Position numbers and translations under genes: made by a program. Below are positions 48,722 through 60,300 of a DNA stretch of 64,000 bases, one piece after another (position 1 is the first letter of the stretch; every line of letters starts with the position of its first letter). The notes beneath the pieces are model-generated. The model made no database searches and was not told the DNA's origin. It was given only the letters and a program-made list of their open reading frames with translations. The DNA comes from Thermodesulfobacteriota bacterium. Lineage in GTDB: Bacteria; Desulfobacterota_D; UBA1144; Nemesobacterales; Mycalebacteriaceae. The stretch is taken from contig OZ245366.1 of assembly GCA_965226585.1 (NCBI GenBank), positions 1,280,001-1,344,000 of the forward strand, in the 5' to 3' direction.

Positions 48722-51700
48722 AAAACGCTAATCCAACTCTCGCGCTAAACACCTGCGTTAGCGTATCCAGCCCCGGCGTTACTCCGCCGTCATAGTCAAT
48801 CCGCACATTAAAACCCTTATACGGCAACACAAACTCAGCCCCGGCGCCGTAATTAACCATTATCCTCTCAAGCGAACCGGTTACCTTGAACAAATCTCCG
48901 CCGCTTGTCCTCGCGCTCCACTGCGTTTCAGGGTCTGTAATGTGCGCGTCCGCTCCCAAACTCATCCAGATATTTACCGTCTCTCCCGCAGGAACATACG
49001 CCGTTACGGACGGGCTTATAACCAAATATGTCTTCCCCGCCCCGCCAACGGTAAGGGCGGAATCTTCCAAAGCCGTCTCGCGGAAACCGTCAGCGGATAC
49101 CTTTGTAACTCCCGCCTCAACTCTGGGGACAACCATAAACACACCGCCGGGAAATATCGGCATCTCCCCGCCCACAGCCGCAGACCATGTGGCTACATCC
49201 GTTTCCGCCCCGTGCTTCCCGTTATCGCCTCTTATCAGACTTTCCCCCCTTAACGCCGCAGATTCCCATGTCGCTCTGGCAAACTGCGTTCTCACATCCG
49301 TGATAATTCCGCTCCAAAACTCACTCGCCACCGAAATACCCGCCATAAACCTCTCGCCGCCCGCGCTTGTGTCTGCTCCGGCGTCAAAGTCCGATGTCTC
49401 ATATCCCGCCGCAACCGATACGATGGATTTTCCGGCAGGCACGGTAAAACCGCCCGTGAATACGTGGGCATCTTCACTGTATTCGGAAGTGGCGGTGTGC
49501 CGCGTGAATCTGCCGTCCGCCGCCGCCCACAGACAGCCGCCCCGCAGGTCTTGCGTTTCCGTCTCATCGCCGCCGCCGTAGCAACCGCCGCGCAGTTTTT
49601 CTGAAAATGCGTTGTCCGCGTAGTAGGCGGATTGAATCATGGCGTCATAGTTTCTCAGGTAATCGTATGGACGGAGGTTGGAAAGGGTAATGAAGATGTT
49701 GCCGATTTCATCCATCCGGGCAGACGCATTCCGTTCAAGCCCATCGCTTACTATGTTGAAAATTGCCTGTCTTTCATCTTCGCTGTCCACCAGAATTTCT
49801 TCCCTGAATAACAGAAACTCTCCCGAAAGTCTCTCAGGGTTGGCAAATCTTGCGCTGAAACCTTCAATGTCCGCCTCAGCTATCTCGTCTTCAACGTTTA
49901 TGAGCGATCTGCCCACCATCTCGACAGGGTCTGCGGTTATAAGAAGGAGTGAGTTTTCGCCGAAGGTTATTTTCTCCAAACCCGCAAAGCCCTCGCCTCC
50001 GATAACCATTGTGCCGTTGTTTATGAAATAGTCATCGCCGCCGCCAAAGTTTATTGGTATCCCCGTGCCGTTTATTATGCCGTCATTTCTGAAAGTGTCT
50101 TCGCCGGTTCCCGTGTCAAAAGAGCCGGCCATTGTGATAACTCCCGTGTCTTTGTTGGTAATTCTGTCGTGGTAATCGCTCAGTTTCACATCTCCGACTA
50201 TCGTTCCCGCGTTTTCCAGAATGGAGTGGTAGTCTGCGGGGTCGTCATCCGCATTTCCGTCATCCCTTATCCGCACCGCCGCCGCGCCCGCCGCGCCGGT
50301 TATAAGACAGTTGCGTCCCGCGTCTATCACACCTGAGCACACAAGGCCGTCTTCAAAAACTTTCATAATGGTTTTGTAATATGCCGCTCTGCCGCTTCTC
50401 AAAAATACCGCCGTAGAGTTCTGTCCGTCTGCCGATACATTCGCGCCGCCGGATATGTAGAGTTCCATCTTGCCCCCGCCGGAACTCCTTGCTCTTTCCG
50501 CAAGCATTATGGCCGCGCTGTCCACTCCGGTTGCATAGACACCCGCGCCGCCTGATATGTTCGCAATGGCGTCTCTGTTATATGCGTTGATATTTATAGC
50601 CGCGCTTCTCGCGCCGTTAGAGAAAACACGCGAACCGCCGTCAACATAAACGTATGACCTCGCGCCGGCAAAACCGTCTGTTATTGCTATTGCGTTGCTG
50701 TCTGCTCCGGTTGTGTACACTTGCGACCTTCCGGACACTCTCATGTGGGAATCCCCGATTCCGAAGCCAATAAATATCGCGTTGCTTTTCGCGCCGTTTG
50801 TCCAAACTCTGGAACCGTCGTGAACCACTATGTTGGCGAATGCCTCCGTATCTACGGCTATGGCGTTGCTCATTTCGTCTGTGGTGAAAACCCTTGACGA
50901 GCCGTTGACAATCACCCGCGCGAAATCGTCAATTCCGCCGTCCGCGCTGTTTGCGTAGATTGCCGTGCTTCCCGCGCCGTTTGCCCACACACGGGAATGA
51001 CTGTGGACTTCTATGTATTGATTTCTTTCAGATGCGTTTCCGTAGATTGAGTATGCCGAGTCTCCCTCCGTCCACACTTCCGACCCGCCGGAAATGATAA
51101 TGCCCGACCCCGGCGCTCTTTGAGAGTTCATGTATATCGCGCCCGTTCCCGCGCCGTTTGCCCAAACCTTTGAGCCGTTTGCAACCACCCACTCCGCTCG
51201 CGCCCCCGTCCAGCTTCCCGCGCTGTGATGCGAGTTTGACTCAGCCGCCGCTCTGCCTTCTCCAACAGACCACACATTTGAGCCGCTGATTGTAATTCCT
51301 ATAAATCTGTGCGAGTTCACGAAAATCGCGCTTCCTTCCGTGCCGTTTGCCCACACATTTGAGCCGTTGGCAATCGTAAGAGTTGTGTCCTGTCTTATGG
51401 CTCCCGCGCTCTCCGCCCTTATGGTTTTGCTGTTAATTCCTCCCGACCAGATGTTTGAACCGCTTGCGACAAAACCAATTCCTCCCTGTCCGGTTGAGTT
51501 CATCATCACCGCCGCAGAACGCGCCTGAAAAGAGAGTCTGGAATCTTCAAAGACGGTGGAGTCTCGTATTTCCACATAGATTTTGCCGGCGCCCGTTGTT
51601 TGCGCCCTGATGACGTTTGAGTCTCGTCCCGCGTTTTGCCCTGACCAAACCCTTGACGATTGGACCTTCACAACAACCGCGTTGGTTCCGGAGTCTGAGT

Positions 51701-52544
51701 TTGCGGAGGTGGCGAAGATTGCCGAACTTGCAGACTGGTTTGCCCATATCTCAGAGCCTTTGACATCAACCGCAACACTGCCGGTTCCGGGGTTGGCGGC
51801 AATCGCGCTTGAGTTAGTTCCGTCCGTCCATATTTTTGAGCCGTTTATTTCAATGTTTATATTTTCGCTGTCGCCCGCGCTGGTGATATGAACGGTGTTC
51901 AACCATCTGCTGAATACCGGCTTGCCCGCGCCCAGTTGAGAGTTGTGAATGGCAACGGATATTGGCGAGGGTGTTGCCGTTTCCACCCACAGCGCGCCCG
52001 CTCTGTTGCCGCTTGCCCGCGCTTTCAGGTTGCGGAGTTCAACATCCGGGCTGTCTGTTCTGATAGTGTTGACGCCCGGTTGAGAAGTCCATATTTCCAT
52101 TGTTTCGCCATCCGCCGCGCTGACAGAGAGCGAGCCACCGCCGCTTTCAGACCATATAGCCGAACTGCCCGCGCCGTTAGCCCATATTTTTGATGAGATT
52201 CCTGCGCGGTAGGAAACGCCGCCGCCCGCGCTTTTCAAGACAACCGTGTTGCTTTGCGCGCCGTTAGTCCAGATATCTGTGGCGTTAATGGTTAGAAGCA
52301 GGTTAGCGGTTTGATTTTCGTTGGAAGCGTTAACGGCGGTTGACTGGCTTCCGTTTGCCCACACTTTCAAGTTGGCGAGTGTGGTTGTTGCCGTTGCGTT
52401 GAATGTTGAGACGCTGTTATCCACCGTCCACAATTCTCCGTCTTTTGAGAAAGCCGCAACATCTATTGACTGTGCGTAAGAGGGAGGCGGTGAGAAAGCA
52501 AACAGGATTCCGAGTATGGAAAGCAGGGTTAGGGTTTTACGCAT
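48720..52544 (-). CDS. Autotransporter-like adhesin AT2 (1274 aa)
   Basis: Signal peptide (..PSYA/QS), VWANG repeats, barrel ending GLAF. Confidence 0.88.
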   Translation of the reverse strand: MRKTLTLLSILGILFAFSPPPSYAQSIDVAAFSKDGELWTVDNSVSTFNATATTTLANLKVWANGSQSTAVNASNENQTANLLLTINATDIWTNGAQSNTVVLKSAGGGVSYRAGISSKIWANGAGSSAIWSESGGGSLSVSAADGETMEIWTSQPGVNTIRTDSPDVELRNLKARASGNRAGALWVETATPSPISVAIHNSQLGAGKPVFSRWLNTVHITSAGDSENINIEINGSKIWTDGTNSSAIAANPGTGSVAVDVKGSEIWANQSASSAIFATSANSDSGTNAVVVKVQSSRVWSGQNAGRDSNVIRAQTTGAGKIYVEIRDSTVFEDSRLSFQARSAAVMMNSTGQGGIGFVASGSNIWSGGINSKTIRAESAGAIRQDTTLTIANGSNVWANGTEGSAIFVNSHRFIGITISGSNVWSVGEGRAAAESNSHHSAGSWTGARAEWVVANGSKVWANGAGTGAIYMNSQRAPGSGIIISGGSEVWTEGDSAYSIYGNASERNQYIEVHSHSRVWANGAGSTAIYANSADGGIDDFARVIVNGSSRVFTTDEMSNAIAVDTEAFANIVVHDGSRVWTNGAKSNAIFIGFGIGDSHMRVSGRSQVYTTGADSNAIAITDGFAGARSYVYVDGGSRVFSNGARSAAININAYNRDAIANISGGAGVYATGVDSAAIMLAERARSSGGGKMELYISGGANVSADGQNSTAVFLRSGRAAYYKTIMKVFEDGLVCSGVIDAGRNCLITGAAGAAAVRIRDDGNADDDPADYHSILENAGTIVGDVKLSDYHDRITNKDTGVITMAGSFDTGTGEDTFRNDGIINGTGIPINFGGGDDYFINNGTMVIGGEGFAGLEKITFGENSLLLITADPVEMVGRSLINVEDEIAEADIEGFSARFANPERLSGEFLLFREEILVDSEDERQAIFNIVSDGLERNASARMDEIGNIFITLSNLRPYDYLRNYDAMIQSAYYADNAFSEKLRGGCYGGGDETETQDLRGGCLWAAADGRFTRHTATSEYSEDAHVFTGGFTVPAGKSIVSVAAGYETSDFDAGADTSAGGERFMAGISVASEFWSGIITDVRTQFARATWESAALRGESLIRGDNGKHGAETDVATWSAAVGGEMPIFPGGVFMVVPRVEAGVTKVSADGFRETALEDSALTVGGAGKTYLVISPSVTAYVPAGETVNIWMSLGADAHITDPETQWSARTSGGDLFKVTGSLERIMVNYGAGAEFVLPYKGFNVRIDYDGGVTPGLDTLTQVFSARVGLAF

Positions 52545-53263
52545 AACGGCACGGTGAGGTGTCTTGATTTGGTGAAGTATATTTGCGTAGAGGGTAGATG
52601 TCCACTAAGACGGGGCAGGTGTCCAATAAAGGTGTCCAATAAAACGGAATGCCTTCCCCGTCATTCCGTTGCCTTTCCCGTCATTCCTGCGAAAGCAGGA
52701 ATCCAGTATTGGTTAACCAGTTGAATACTGGATTCCGTGTCAAGCACGGAATGACGGGATGGGGAAAAACACGGAATGACACACTTTCCCGTCATTCCTG
52801 CGGAAGCAGGAATCCAGTATTGATTAACCAGTTGAATACTGGATTCCGTGTCAAGCACGGAATGACGGGATGGGGAAAAAAGCACGGAATGACACACTTT
52901 CCCGTCATTCCTGCGGAAGCAGGAATCCAGTATTGGTTAACCAGTTGAATACTGGATTCCGTGTCAAGCACGGAATGACGGGATGGGGAAAAAAGCACGG
53001 AATGACACACTTTCCCGTCATTCCTGCGGAAGCAGGAATCCAGTATTGGTTAACCAGTTGAATACTGGATTCCGTGTCAGGCACGGAATGACGGGAAGGG
53101 GAAAAAGCGCGGAATGACACACTTTCCCGTCATTCCTGCGAAAGCAGGAATCCAGTATTGGTTAACCAGTTGAATACTGGATTCCGTGTCAGGCACGGAA
53201 TGACGGAAAGGGGAAAAGGCACGGAATGACGGGAGTGTAGAAGCGTCATTCCGTTGCCTCCTC

Positions 53264-53648
53264 CGTCATTCCTGCGAAAGCAGGAATCCAGTATTATTTA
53301 ACCCGATGGACAAAAATCCCGCAGTCTACATAATGGCGAGCAAGCGAAACGGAACACTTTACACAGGTGTAACCAGCAACCTGCCCGCCCGCGCTTGGGA
53401 GCATAAGAACAGCGCGACAGAAGGTTTTACAGACAAATACAGTGTCCACCTGCTTGTGTACTTTGAAGTGCACGAGGATATGAATTCAGCAATTGAACGC
53501 GAGAAGCAGATAAAGCAATGGAAACGCCAATGGAAATTGGAACTTATAGAGAAAGACAACCCTGAATGGAAAGATTTGTATGAGGATATTGTTTGAGTAG
53601 GGGTTTCGCCAGTTGAATACTGGATTCCGTGTCAGGCACGGAATGACG
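53264..53648 (+). mobile_element. Candidate 385-bp element: REP arm - GIY-YIG gene - inverted REP arm
   Basis: The gene lies between arm A (53264-53295) and arm B (53616-53648); mobility is inferred, not shown. Confidence 0.6.
53306..53596 (+). CDS. Stand-alone GIY-YIG nuclease (YhbQ/UPF0213-like)
   Basis: AVYIMASKRNGTLYTGVT, R..EH, YFE, AIEREKQIK..W.R.WK. Confidence 0.93.
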   Translation: MDKNPAVYIMASKRNGTLYTGVTSNLPARAWEHKNSATEGFTDKYSVHLLVYFEVHEDMNSAIEREKQIKQWKRQWKLELIEKDNPEWKDLYEDIV

Positions 53649-54342
53649 GGAAGGGGAAAAGGCACGGAATGACACACTTTCCCGTCATTCCTGCGGAAGC
53701 AGGAATCCAGTATTGGTTAACCAGTTGAATACTGGATTCCGTGTCAGGCACGGAATGACGGGATGGGGAAAAAGGCACGGAATGACGGGAGTGGAGAAGC
53801 GTCATTCCGTTGCCTCCTCCGTCATTCCTGCGGAAGCAGGAATCCAGTATTGGTTAGCCAGCTGAATACTGGATTCCGTGTCAGGCACGGAATGACGGGA
53901 AGGGGAAAAGGCACGGAATGACACTCTTTCCCGTCATTCCTGCGGAAGCAGGAATCCAGTATTAGTTAGCCAGTTGAATACTGGATTCCGTGTCAGGCAC
54001 GGAATGACGGGAAGGGGAAGAAGGCACGGAATGACACTCTTTCCCGTCATTCCTGCGAAAGCAGGAATCCAGTATTAGTTAACCAGTTGAATACTGGATT
54101 CCGTGTCAGGCACGGAATGACGGGAAGGAGAAAAGGCACGGAATGACACACTTCCCCGTCATTCCTGCGGAAGCAGGAATCCAGTATTGGTTAGCCAGTT
54201 GAATACTGGATTCCGTGTCAGGCACGGAATGACGGAAAGGGGAAAAAGGCACGGAATGACGGAAAAAAAACAATCAACGGAATGACGGAATGGTGGAAAG
54301 CACGGAATGACGGGAAGGGGAAAAGGCACGGAATTACAGGTC

Positions 54343-57300
54343 TTAAAACCTGTAATTAACTCCGCCTCTGAACTGTTGCACAAAAGTATCAACCGAAGAA
54401 CTAACCCCGCCGCCATATTCAACACTCACATTAAACTTCTCATAAGGGCTGTATTCAAAACCCGCCCCGTAGGTGAACATCACCCTGTCCATTGTGCCGT
54501 CAACGGGAACATTATCCCTCTCAAGCCTTCCTTCAATCTCAGATTCAGGGTTAAGCACTTGTATATCCGCCCCTGTTCTTATCCACATATTTATTGTCTC
54601 ATTGAGAGGACTCCGCGCCTCTATTGACGGACTCACGTACACAAGCAACTCGCTTATCTCATCTACCCCAAAGGCATCCATCGCCGCATCCGCCGCACCT
54701 GTTCCTGTTGTAAGCGAAGTCTCATTAAACTTATCCGCCGTTATTTGAGATGCTCCAACCGCCACACGGGGGAAGAAAGCGAACTCTCCCATTAAGAACG
54801 GTCTTGCCGCGCCTATCTCGCCGCCGAATACCGTTGCGTCCACATCCGCCGAGTAACTGTTACCCGCCGTTCTGGTCGCTTCCCAACTCGTTGACCCGTA
54901 ACGCAGGTTGCCGTCAAGCACAAACTCATCAACCAACGCCTCGGCAAATATACCGCCCATGAACCTTGTTGCATCTCCGCTTGCTTTGCCCAGTCCTCTC
55001 GTGTCCGCCGCAGTCTCTGTTTCTGAACTCGCGTCTATGTCCGATATCTCATATCCGCCCGCGATAGAAACAAGCACTCCGCTAAATGGCGCGGAAAAAC
55101 CGCCGGTGAAGGAATAAACATCCTCGTCATATTGTATCGCCGATGTGTGCCTTGTGTATCTTCCGCCCGATGTTGCCCATACGCATCCGCCAGTCCAAAA
55201 CTCTCCTTCTATCTCATCACTCGCCGCTCCGCTGATTCCGCATCCTCTTGCCAACTTGTCAGCAAAGTTTCTGTCTGAACGGTAGGCGGACTGTATCAAT
55301 GCGTCATATACATCCAAACTTGTGTCTTTGTGCGATGTTGCTCTTAAAAACAGGTTGCCGTTTTCGTCTGTCTCAACAGTTATTCTTTCGCCGATTTCCG
55401 CGCTCAGGCGGTCTGCAACTTCCTGCCTTTCTTCGCCTTCCGGCAGGGCTTCCGCTTCAAAAATTGTGTATTCCGTTACATGCGCGCCGGGAACTTCAAC
55501 TTCAACATTGAAACCCTCAACATCTTCGGCGGTTATCGTCCCCTCAAGGTCTATCAGCGGGTCGCCCGCAACGCTTTCAGGGTCTGCCGTGATAACAAGG
55601 GTTGAGTTTGCGCCGAAAGATATCTTCTCAAGCCCGTTAATCGTTTCCCCGCCACTTATTACCAAAGTTCCGTTGACTGTCAGAGTGTCTCCATCGCTAT
55701 CTCCAAAGTTCAGAGAACCGCCGCCCGATTTCTCCGGCTCCGTTTCCACAAACTCAGCGGTTCCCGCAGAACCGAGACGGAAACGCCCGTCTCCGCCGGA
55801 TGATGCGGAACGCCTGCTGCTGGTGGTAATATTCGTGCCTTCATACGTTCCGCCTGCGGCTATGGTAACACTTGCGCCGCCCACAACAGCAGATGTGTCT
55901 ATGTCGCCATACACCTTGCCGGTGGCGTTAATCGTAACTATTCTGTTATCGTAACCAAGGGTTCCTGACCACCCCTTCGCGCCCGCAGACATTTTTATCG
56001 CCTTGCCGCCCGTTACGTTCACGGTTCCGTCCACCCAAACAAAAGCCCCGCCGTTTGCCGTGCTCGCGGAAATCCCGATTCCCGAAGTCGCACCCGCCGC
56101 CCCTTTCGCGTACACCGCCGAACCTTCATCAATAATTACATTTGCATATCCGGTATCAGCCCTCGCTATTATCGCCTTCCCGCCGGTTCCGCTCGCGTTC
56201 ACAAGCGTTCTGCCTCCTAATCTTACTGTCGCCTCTATGTCATGCACACTTACGGCAGATGCCCCTGTTTGGGGGTTCGTCCTCGGCGCGCCGGTTGTTG
56301 TGGCGTTCAGCCCTTCAGCCTGTCCGCCCGGGAGGCTGATAACATGTGTAACATCCGAACTTGACGAATGATAAGAGTTGACAGTCGCGTCCGCCCCGGC
56401 CGATTCTGCCACGGCATACTTGCTTTGGGTTCCGTTTGCGTAACGCACTGCGGGAGTTCCTCCGCTTGGTGTGCGGAAAATAATATCCACCCGGGCATTT
56501 GCGCTGCTTGAGGATGCGTGGGCGGCGGTACTGCGGTTGTCGCCGTTCACGAATAAAATGCCGCTCGTCTCAATACTTGCGTTTCCGCCTGCGCTAGCCC
56601 GTATCGCCGTGCTTCCAATGCCCTCCGTATAGACAGCCGTGCTGTGACTTGCCTGTCTGATTAAAACATTTCCCGACCCGCTCACTCCGTACAGGGCGTG
56701 GCTTTGCTTCTGCACCGCCCACACTTTTGCCTGTCCTGAAACGGTAATGGCAACATCTCCGCTTCCGCTTGATACGCCACTAAACGCGGATGACCTGTCA
56801 GGGATGACTGACAGCCGAGAATCTCCGCTCATTGAAAAAGATATATCTCCGTTTCTCGTCTCCGCGACAATTGCGTCTGCAAGGAAATGACCGCGCATAG
56901 CTACCTGAGAGGTGCCGCCAAGCGCAATATTTATGTCTCCGTCCGCGCTGTTCGCGTGTATGGCTCTGGCGGCGGTTCCGTATTGCGGGAATCCGGCTAT
57001 CACCTGCGCGCCGCCCTGCAAACTGACGGTTGTGGAGCCGTTGCGGGTTTGCAGTCTGACGGTATTGGTATTCGACTGCCCTGAGGAAACATACGCCGAA
57101 TCCGGATTCTCTAACGGCGCGTCTGCCGCCGCCGCCGCGCCGTTGACATAAAGCCCTATGGCACCGTCCACCGATGTCGCTTTTATGGTGTCGCCACTCC
57201 CGCCGGTAACGACTCGCGACTTGTCGGAAATGATTATTTTTGTTTCTCCGTTACCCACTTGCGACACGACACCGCTTCCTACCGCCTCTATACGGGAATC

Positions 57301-60300
57301 GCCAACCAGAGTAATTTCCGTTCTTTCTGTTGAGCCGCTTGCGTCAACACTCAGCACGGAGGCTCCGCTTGTTTCTGTGGCGATGCTGGAGTTTGCAAGA
57401 TAGACCCTAACTCCAAGTTCAGTTCCCTGTGTTCCCGCTACGTATGAAGAGCTTACGTGAACCGCGCTTCCCGCTCCGGCGACCGCCGTCAGCGGAGAAT
57501 TGACTATATCAAGCGTTGCCGTGCCTTTGTCAGCCCGAACCTGCGCGGCGCGTCCGCCGGCGGATTTAATAGTTGAGCTGTTGACGATGACATGCACGCC
57601 TCCAACCACTCTTGTTCCCACAGCCGAAATTCCGCTTGACCCCGCAACCGCCATGACGGTTGAATCATTCACCGCCAAAACTACCGCCGGCAAGTCCGCT
57701 GTTCCGCCGGGGCCCGCTCCGGCGTCAACGGCGTCAACGGCATTTGCTCCCGCGCCGTTTAACGCGATAAACGAGTCGATTACATTCACTGCTCCAACAA
57801 TTCCTCCAACCGCCGGGTTGCCCGCGTGCGCCGACCATACCTTGGACCCGCTTATGTGCACAGTCGCCCCTTTGACGGCTGTGCCCGTGCCTGATGTGCC
57901 CGTTGCCCAAACCTCCGAGCCGTTAGTTATGCTCACGCCGCCAGCCGTGGTGATGCCTTCTCTTACCGCCCACACCTTTGAGCCGTTAACGGTTACATCT
58001 CCGCCGGTCTGGATTTTGATGGCATTGCCGGCCGCGCCGTTTGCGCCAACTACCGCGCCGTTGACCACATTCACCGCGCTACCCGTTTGAATCGTGATTG
58101 ACTCGGCGCCTTCGCTCCAAACGCTGACGCCGTTTAAGTCAAAACCCTCACTGAAAGAAGTGATGACAAAGGTTCCCGCGCCGTTAGACCAAACTTTTGA
58201 GCCGTCTGTTATGGTCAGCGATGTCCTTCCCGTTTCGGGAATTACAGGGTTCACGGGGCTGTCTCCCGTTGACCACACATTTGAGCCGCTTATGCTGATG
58301 TCTGCTCCTGTTATCGCGCTTTTTGCCGCTCCATGCGTCCAAACGTTTGACCCGTTAAACACTTTCACCGTTCCGGTTGCCACAATTCCGCCGCCGCCGG
58401 TCGCGCTGTTTGCCCCCGCAGTCGCGCCGCTCAGAAGTACGTCTTGCGCCGTAATCGCGTTGCTGTCCGCTCCTTCAGCCCACACAGACGCGCCGTTGAG
58501 TGTTACGGTTCCGGTTGCGGTTGTGGCAAGGGCGTCTGTTGTCGCGCCGTTAGCCCACAGCTTTATGCCGTGAATTGTTACTTCCGTTGTTATTCCCGCA
58601 GTTGAAGCACTGTCTGCCGTTGTCCAAACTTCTCCCGCTCCGTCTCTTGATTCAATGGTGAGCGTTCCCGAAGTCGCATTAATCGCAGAACTGCTCGCGC
58701 CTTCCGCCCAAACCTTTGAGCCGCCGTAAATTTCGAATAATGAGGCAACCACAACCGCGTTGCTGTTATCGCCTTCCGTCCAAATTTGCGAACCGCTTCT
58801 GATTGTCGCGTTTTCGGTTACGGCAAGGGCGTTTGTTGTCGCGCCGTTTGCCCACACTTTTGCTTGCCGAATAAATGCTCTGTCCGCCCTCAGGGTTAAA
58901 GCCCCATCACCGGTTGTCCAAATCTCTCCCGTTCCGGCAATGGCAAGCCCTCCGCCGCTTCCCGCGGAAACCGCCCGACTTCCCGCGCCGTTTGCCCAGA
59001 CCTTGCCGCCGGCGGTAATTATTAGTGAGTTGGCGATAATCGTGTTGGCGTTATTGCCTTCCGTCCAAACTTCCGAGGAGTACACTCTCGCGGAATCCGA
59101 AACTACCGCATCAGACCTGAAGCCGCCCGTCCACACCTTGACGCTGTTCTGAATGCCCACAGTTGTTGCCTTTATCGCGTTACTGATTGGGCCGTTTGCC
59201 CACACATTCGCGCCGTTCCAAATATTGACGGTTGGCGCAAGGATGGTGTTGGATTGGCCGCCTATTGTCCACACATTCGCGCCAATGACTGTTACGGGTG
59301 CTGATGTTGCCTTAACTGCGTTGCTTCTCGAGCCGTTTGCCCACACATTTGCGCCGTTCCAAATATTGACAAGTGCCGCAACGATAGTTTCGGAACCTTG
59401 GCCGCCTATTGTCCACACATTCGCGCCATTGACTGTTACGACAGCTCCCGCCGTAACCGCCTGACTTCTCGAGCCGTTTGCCCAAACTTTCAGGTCATTG
59501 ATGACCGCCGTTCTTACCGCTTTCACTGCTACAGTCGAGGATCCTTTAACCCATATCTCTCCCGTTCCGTCTTCAGATTCTATGGTAACCGAGTCCGAAC
59601 TTCCCGAAACAACGGCGATTCCGCTGGATGAGCTTGCCCAAACCTTTCCACCGCTTGAAACATTCACCGTGTCCGAGACTATCGTGTTGGAGTTAAAGCG
59701 GTTTCCCGTCCAAACTTCCGAGTTATCGACCAGCACGGCTGTAGCCAAAATCGCGTCGCTTCTGGCTCCGTCACTCCAAACCTTCGCGCCGTTCCAAAGG
59801 CTCACAGTTTTTGCCTGTATCGTACCGGCGTCTGATTTGTTAGACCATATTTGCGCCGATGAGACCTTTAAGGCGTCCGTTGATATGACTGCCAGTTTGC
59901 CGTCGCTCGTCCATATATCAAGTTCTGATATTAGCGCGCCGTCCGGTGTGGCGCTGATAATGTTGACGGCGTAACTGTTAAAGCTGAGTGAGTAGATTTC
60001 GCCCGCTGAGGCGTTGCCGGAGATGGTAACGCTTCCGCTGTTGGTTTGAACCGCCAGAGCCGCCCCCCCGCCTGCGGAGTATCTTTCCAGCGCGATTTTT
60101 GAATTGTTGCCCACCCAAACGGTGGTGGATGTGTTCACGCCTTTGAATTCAACGGTATTCACGCCATTGCCGCCTGACACGCTAATGTCGCCTGAGGTAA
60201 CAAGCATATTGTCTGTTATTACCGCGGCTATATTTCCCCGTTCTATATTTACGCTAATCACCGTGCTTTCGTCTGAGTTTATAACGTCCGGTTCTCCGTC

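Larger units (their letters stand above)
52657..54334 (+). repeat. Tandem array of 11 REP doublets (period mostly 111-113 bp) with half-sites
   Basis: Unit starts at 52679, 52790, 52903, 53016, 53128, 53264, 53683, 53820, 53932, 54045, 54157. Confidence 0.97.

Noticed and set aside
52657..54334. CRISPR array
   Set aside because: The sequences between repeats are themselves near-identical rather than unique spacers, the same unit is dispersed elsewhere, and no cas genes are visible.
52649..54425. Short ORFs overlapping the repeat array, and 38693-38905
   Set aside because: They are translations of the palindromic repeat in several frames; only 53306-53596 has a recognisable protein motif.
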